A stretch of 64,000 nucleotides of DNA from Dudresnaya verticillata (taxonomy: Eukaryota). Below the pieces are notes generated by a model that saw only the letters and a list, made by a program, of their open reading frames with translations, had not been told where the DNA came from and ran no database searches. Position 1 is the first letter of the stretch. Each line of letters begins with the position of its first letter. This document shows positions 60,457-64,000 of this stretch, one piece after another. The position numbers and the translations under genes are program-made. The stretch covers positions 1,798,001-1,862,000 of the forward strand of contig OZ374564.1 of NCBI GenBank assembly GCA_977862235.1. Reading direction: 5' to 3'.

Positions 60457-62944
60457 TGAACCGGCTGTTCTGTTAGACCATGACCTGAGATCATTTGCAA
60501 TTTGCTTGTAGATAGCTTTACCTTGCTTCGGTCATCGTGTTTGGGATAAACCGTTATTAATAAAATGTATCAGCGACAACGGACTTAAAACAGACGACTT
60601 GGCAGCACAGCTGCTGCAATCGGCTCAGCACGGAGGAATTGTAGGCAACTTGGGGAGTGTACACATAGTTGGGAGACACAAACTTTGCTGCGAAGGGACG
60701 CGTCACCCCAGCTTCCATTGACCGTCACCGTCGATGTCAATTTAGTCGGATGGTACTTGCAGAGACAAAACCAAGTCATGCGAGAAAATTGACAAACAAA
60801 GGGGGGTCATCCATCATGGCATGGATGATCCATGGGTATGAATTCCCAAACACATTGGCTCTCTGCATTCTATAGGTGCACAGGTCAATGGCTTTCGCAC
60901 CCGATTAGTAGCAGGTCACATGGCGCAACTGCAAAACAACCACAATGCAATTGCCAGATTAGCTCTGAAGCTGCGGCGCCCTTGTGCTGCCGGCTCCATG
61001 TGCGGCGGGGAGTGCTGCACCACCACTCCTCTCACCACTGGTGCTGTTCCCAGCAGTTCCGGGGACACCCTCTTGCGCAACAGGCTTCTCCAATTCGTGA
61101 GTGCAAACGTTTGAGGACATTTCCATTTTGTTATCTCACCAGCAGATCACACGCAGAATCCCTAAGGACAACTCAGAAAGTAGTCGGCAACTGTCGAATG
61201 ACCACCACTGCCCGGACGTGTCCTGGGTCACGAGTGATAGACCTTGTATACATAGAATGAAACAACCCTTAAGAACACTGACGTACCGAAGAGAACCAGC
61301 GGTCAGAACGAGGATGTGTCCCGCAGCACCAACATAATGCCATCAACGCGAGCACACCACAAAAGCTCTGTTGAGAGAGATGTGTTCTACTGAGTCATGA
61401 TGCTTCAGTTTGTTCGACACAAGCCGTGATTTGTTAAGTCTTCTGCTTCACACATTTATCGTACAGGATCTTCGGCAATTTTCAACAAGGTCGTTCAATT
61501 CGGAGGAGGATCCTACTCTTTTCCGTGGTTGTTTTGCTGCTCGGTTGCTGACAACGTGTTGAAAGAAGCAATCAAGGGTAGTAAATCTTGTGAGCAGCTG
61601 ATGCATGGATCTGGTTCAGCTTCTTCAAAGTAACTGGTCCGTATCGTCGTACGCATGGCATATGTTCCACGGAGAAACACTCGAATCCCAAGCTTTTTTA
61701 ACGACTCTTGGGCCCAAACGGGCTGATAGCGTCGGCCACCCGTGGGGGTAGCTTTGTGTATCTATCATGAAGGAGGGGCCCCGGTTGGGGTTGGAATGAA
61801 CTGCAATCGATCTTCAAACATGTTTCCTCTGGTGGCTTTTCACGTGCGCCGTGGCCCGGCTGACCCCAATCCGAAAGCAAAATGTGTCGGGCTCGACCAG
61901 TACAAGCGCTTTGGAGGCTTTTATATCTTCGTCAGATCGCATCCAAAAGGTACCCGATTCTGGTCGCCATCGCAGAGATCTTCAAGAGGGCGAACCTTCT
62001 TAACCCAAGGCTTTACTTCGAATGTCGCCGTGGCGCTCTCATGCACCAACGGGGGATGACCGCCTCTCGTTGCGACTTGCCGTGCTGCCAGACCACGACA
62101 AGCACGTGACTGTGTTAACGAGTGCAGAGCTGACGTGCGAATCTGCAAATCACCCACCGTGTCGGTTTGTAGCAGGCTTCGCAAAAGACCCGCGCAAGCT
62201 CAACGCGTTCGTTGCTCTGCCACAGCCGCACGGCAACACCGAGAGTTCCATGCCTACATGCAGGCCCGCAGGCGGGATACACCAGTGGCGGACGCGAAGG
62301 TGTCCCCTACATCTTCCCGCCGTGGCAGTAGGCACGTTGTGGTATGGCAACCCGTGGTTGTGAGAATCTGCGCTTGCGCAGTGCTCTGTTTGGAGCAAGG
62401 ACAAGTCATGCCCAGACCTCCGCGAGGAAGAAACAGGCACGAAGCTGACAATGTTCACTCGCGATACGTGTTGCGGAATGCAACCGGTCCTGTCGGACGC
62501 ACATGAACGCTCTCGCCAGCTCGATTGAGACGACATACTCGTGCACATACGCCTTGAGACCCCAGCTCTCTTTGCTGTTCAGGTTTCCGGTCCCCGCTTC
62601 CAACGGCGACGCTTTCTGCACATTGAACATCTGACCACGACTTTGTTACTCTCGGCTCACCTGCACTGTACTCGTGCTTGCGGATGCTCCCGAGTGGCAG
62701 AATCTATGCGACATACCTCGCCTTCGGCGGAGTTGTGCGGGTACAGCGCGTCGCGTTAACAGGGTACAAGAGTGTGGTTTCTCAGCAGAGGTCAATCTGT
62801 AGCCGGTGGGCTCTGCATTGGACAGGTATCACCCTCGCCCGACATGGCTCATCCGCGATATTCACCGGGAATAAGCACCCAATCGGGCTCTCGAAAGAGA
62901 ACCGCGGAATGCCTTGATGCGCCCAGCCGTGCTAATGCAGCACC

Positions 62945-64000
62945 TCAGATGTTAGGCTTGAGAATGGCGAGAGTTTTGGAACGCAGGATGACGGCTAAGG
63001 TCGCCGCTTCTGTGCTAACCTCGAGCTTCTCAATCTCCTCTTCAAAGCTCGCCACAATAGTCTCCGTGTCACGTCTGTGGAGAACGATCTCGTTACCACG
63101 AACTTCGAAGCGCAGATCTCTGTCACTTGTCCCGGAAGCTGTTTGGGACGGGCCTGGTCGAGCTCCCAGGTGGCGACGACACAATTCATCCCAGTTGTGT
63201 GACTCCTCGCTTTCCATGTGTACGCAGAGTCCAGTGTGAACTTCCCATAGGTACACAGTCCCGTCATATGACTCCGAAAGCACCCGGGTACCATCATTGT
63301 TGATCGCAACGCTCCAGACGAAGCCATCATGCCCTGTGAGCGGCTTCCCAATTTGTTCCCCGGTCATAGCATTCCATACTCGAACTGCGCGATCTTGCGA
63401 ACCAGAAACCACACGAGAGCAGTCAGCGCTCACCGCTAAGCTCAATACTGAGTTCGTGTGCCCCATTAGTGGCACGCCTATTTGCTTTCCTGTGTTACCA
63501 TCCCAAAGTCGAACTGTTCCATCACGCGATCCTGAAACCACTAGAGTGCCATCCGTACTTACCCCCACACTCATCACAGAACCCATACCATCATTCGTAG
63601 GCACTCCCACTTGTTCCTTTGCCTCTGCGTCCCAAACGCGAACGGTCCTATCAATTGAGCCGGACAATACACGAGTACTGTCATTGCTTATCACAACACT
63701 CAAGACCGAGCCAGCATGTCCGGTTAGAGGCTTTCCAAGTTGCGTCCCGGTCTCAGCATCCCACACCCGAATTGTCCTATCACGAGATCCTGACACGACA
63801 CGGGCACCGTCCGGGCTCACTGCCACGCTGTAAACCCAGTCCGTGTGGCCTACCAGAGGCTCCTTGGCAAACGAACCTTGGTCATCATCCCACACACGAA
63901 CTGTCCTGTCAGATGATCCAGAAACTACACGCCCACCGTCCCTACTTATTGCCACACTCATGACAAAGTCTGTATGGCCCGTAGCATGCCTTTGGGCCAG
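62945..64000 (-). CDS. WD40-repeat protein, C-terminal part (5'-partial); highly conserved HET-E-like repeats
   Basis: At least six ~43-aa repeats GH..V.SVA.S.DG.RVVSGS.D.TVRVWD; frame open to the window edge. Confidence 0.92.
   Translation of the reverse strand: MAQRHATGHTDFVMSVAISRDGGRVVSGSSDRTVRVWDDDQGSFAKEPLVGHTDWVYSVAVSPDGARVVSGSRDRTIRVWDAETGTQLGKPLTGHAGSVLSVVISNDSTRVLSGSIDRTVRVWDAEAKEQVGVPTNDGMGSVMSVGVSTDGTLVVSGSRDGTVRLWDGNTGKQIGVPLMGHTNSVLSLAVSADCSRVVSGSQDRAVRVWNAMTGEQIGKPLTGHDGFVWSVAINNDGTRVLSESYDGTVYLWEVHTGLCVHMESEESHNWDELCRRHLGARPGPSQTASGTSDRDLRFEVRGNEIVLHRRDTETIVASFEEEIEKLEVSTEAATLAVILRSKTLAILKPNI

Overview
Eukaryotic nuclear DNA, most likely from a multicellular red alga. This is inferred from short introns with a CTAAY-like branch site, mostly intron-poor genes, Gypsy/CRE/CACTA-type elements, TIR and HET-E-like WD40 genes and Cys-rich secreted proteins; it is not proven. 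The first ~30 kb is a transposon graveyard. It holds a 5'-truncated ETF-QO copy, a decayed TIR-domain gene, two dead Ty3/Gypsy copies, a TTAA-flanked Kolobok-like TIR element containing a LINE RT fragment, and two related CAC-terminated (CACTA/EnSpm-like) DNA elements. The main find is in the left CAC-terminated element. It carries a disrupted ~1000-codon frame fusing a ParB/Srx-like domain (YGIVDGLHRH), a beta-class DNA amino-methyltransferase (DPPY before motif I) and a C-terminal domain resembling the En/Spm Tnp1 accessory domain, followed by small coiled-coil ORFs. At 36-46 kb is a tandem family of four secreted Cys-domain / Ser-Pro-Thr stalk / Cys-domain proteins; one is chimeric and broken by a solo LTR, and a ~380-bp upstream segment is inverted between two duplicated copies. 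The rest contains a pogo-like MITE, a 3-exon GT61 glycosyltransferase, a divergent casein kinase 1, CRE-type LINE 3' ends and the 3' part of a WD40-repeat gene. All calls come from manual translation and motif recognition; no database searches were run.
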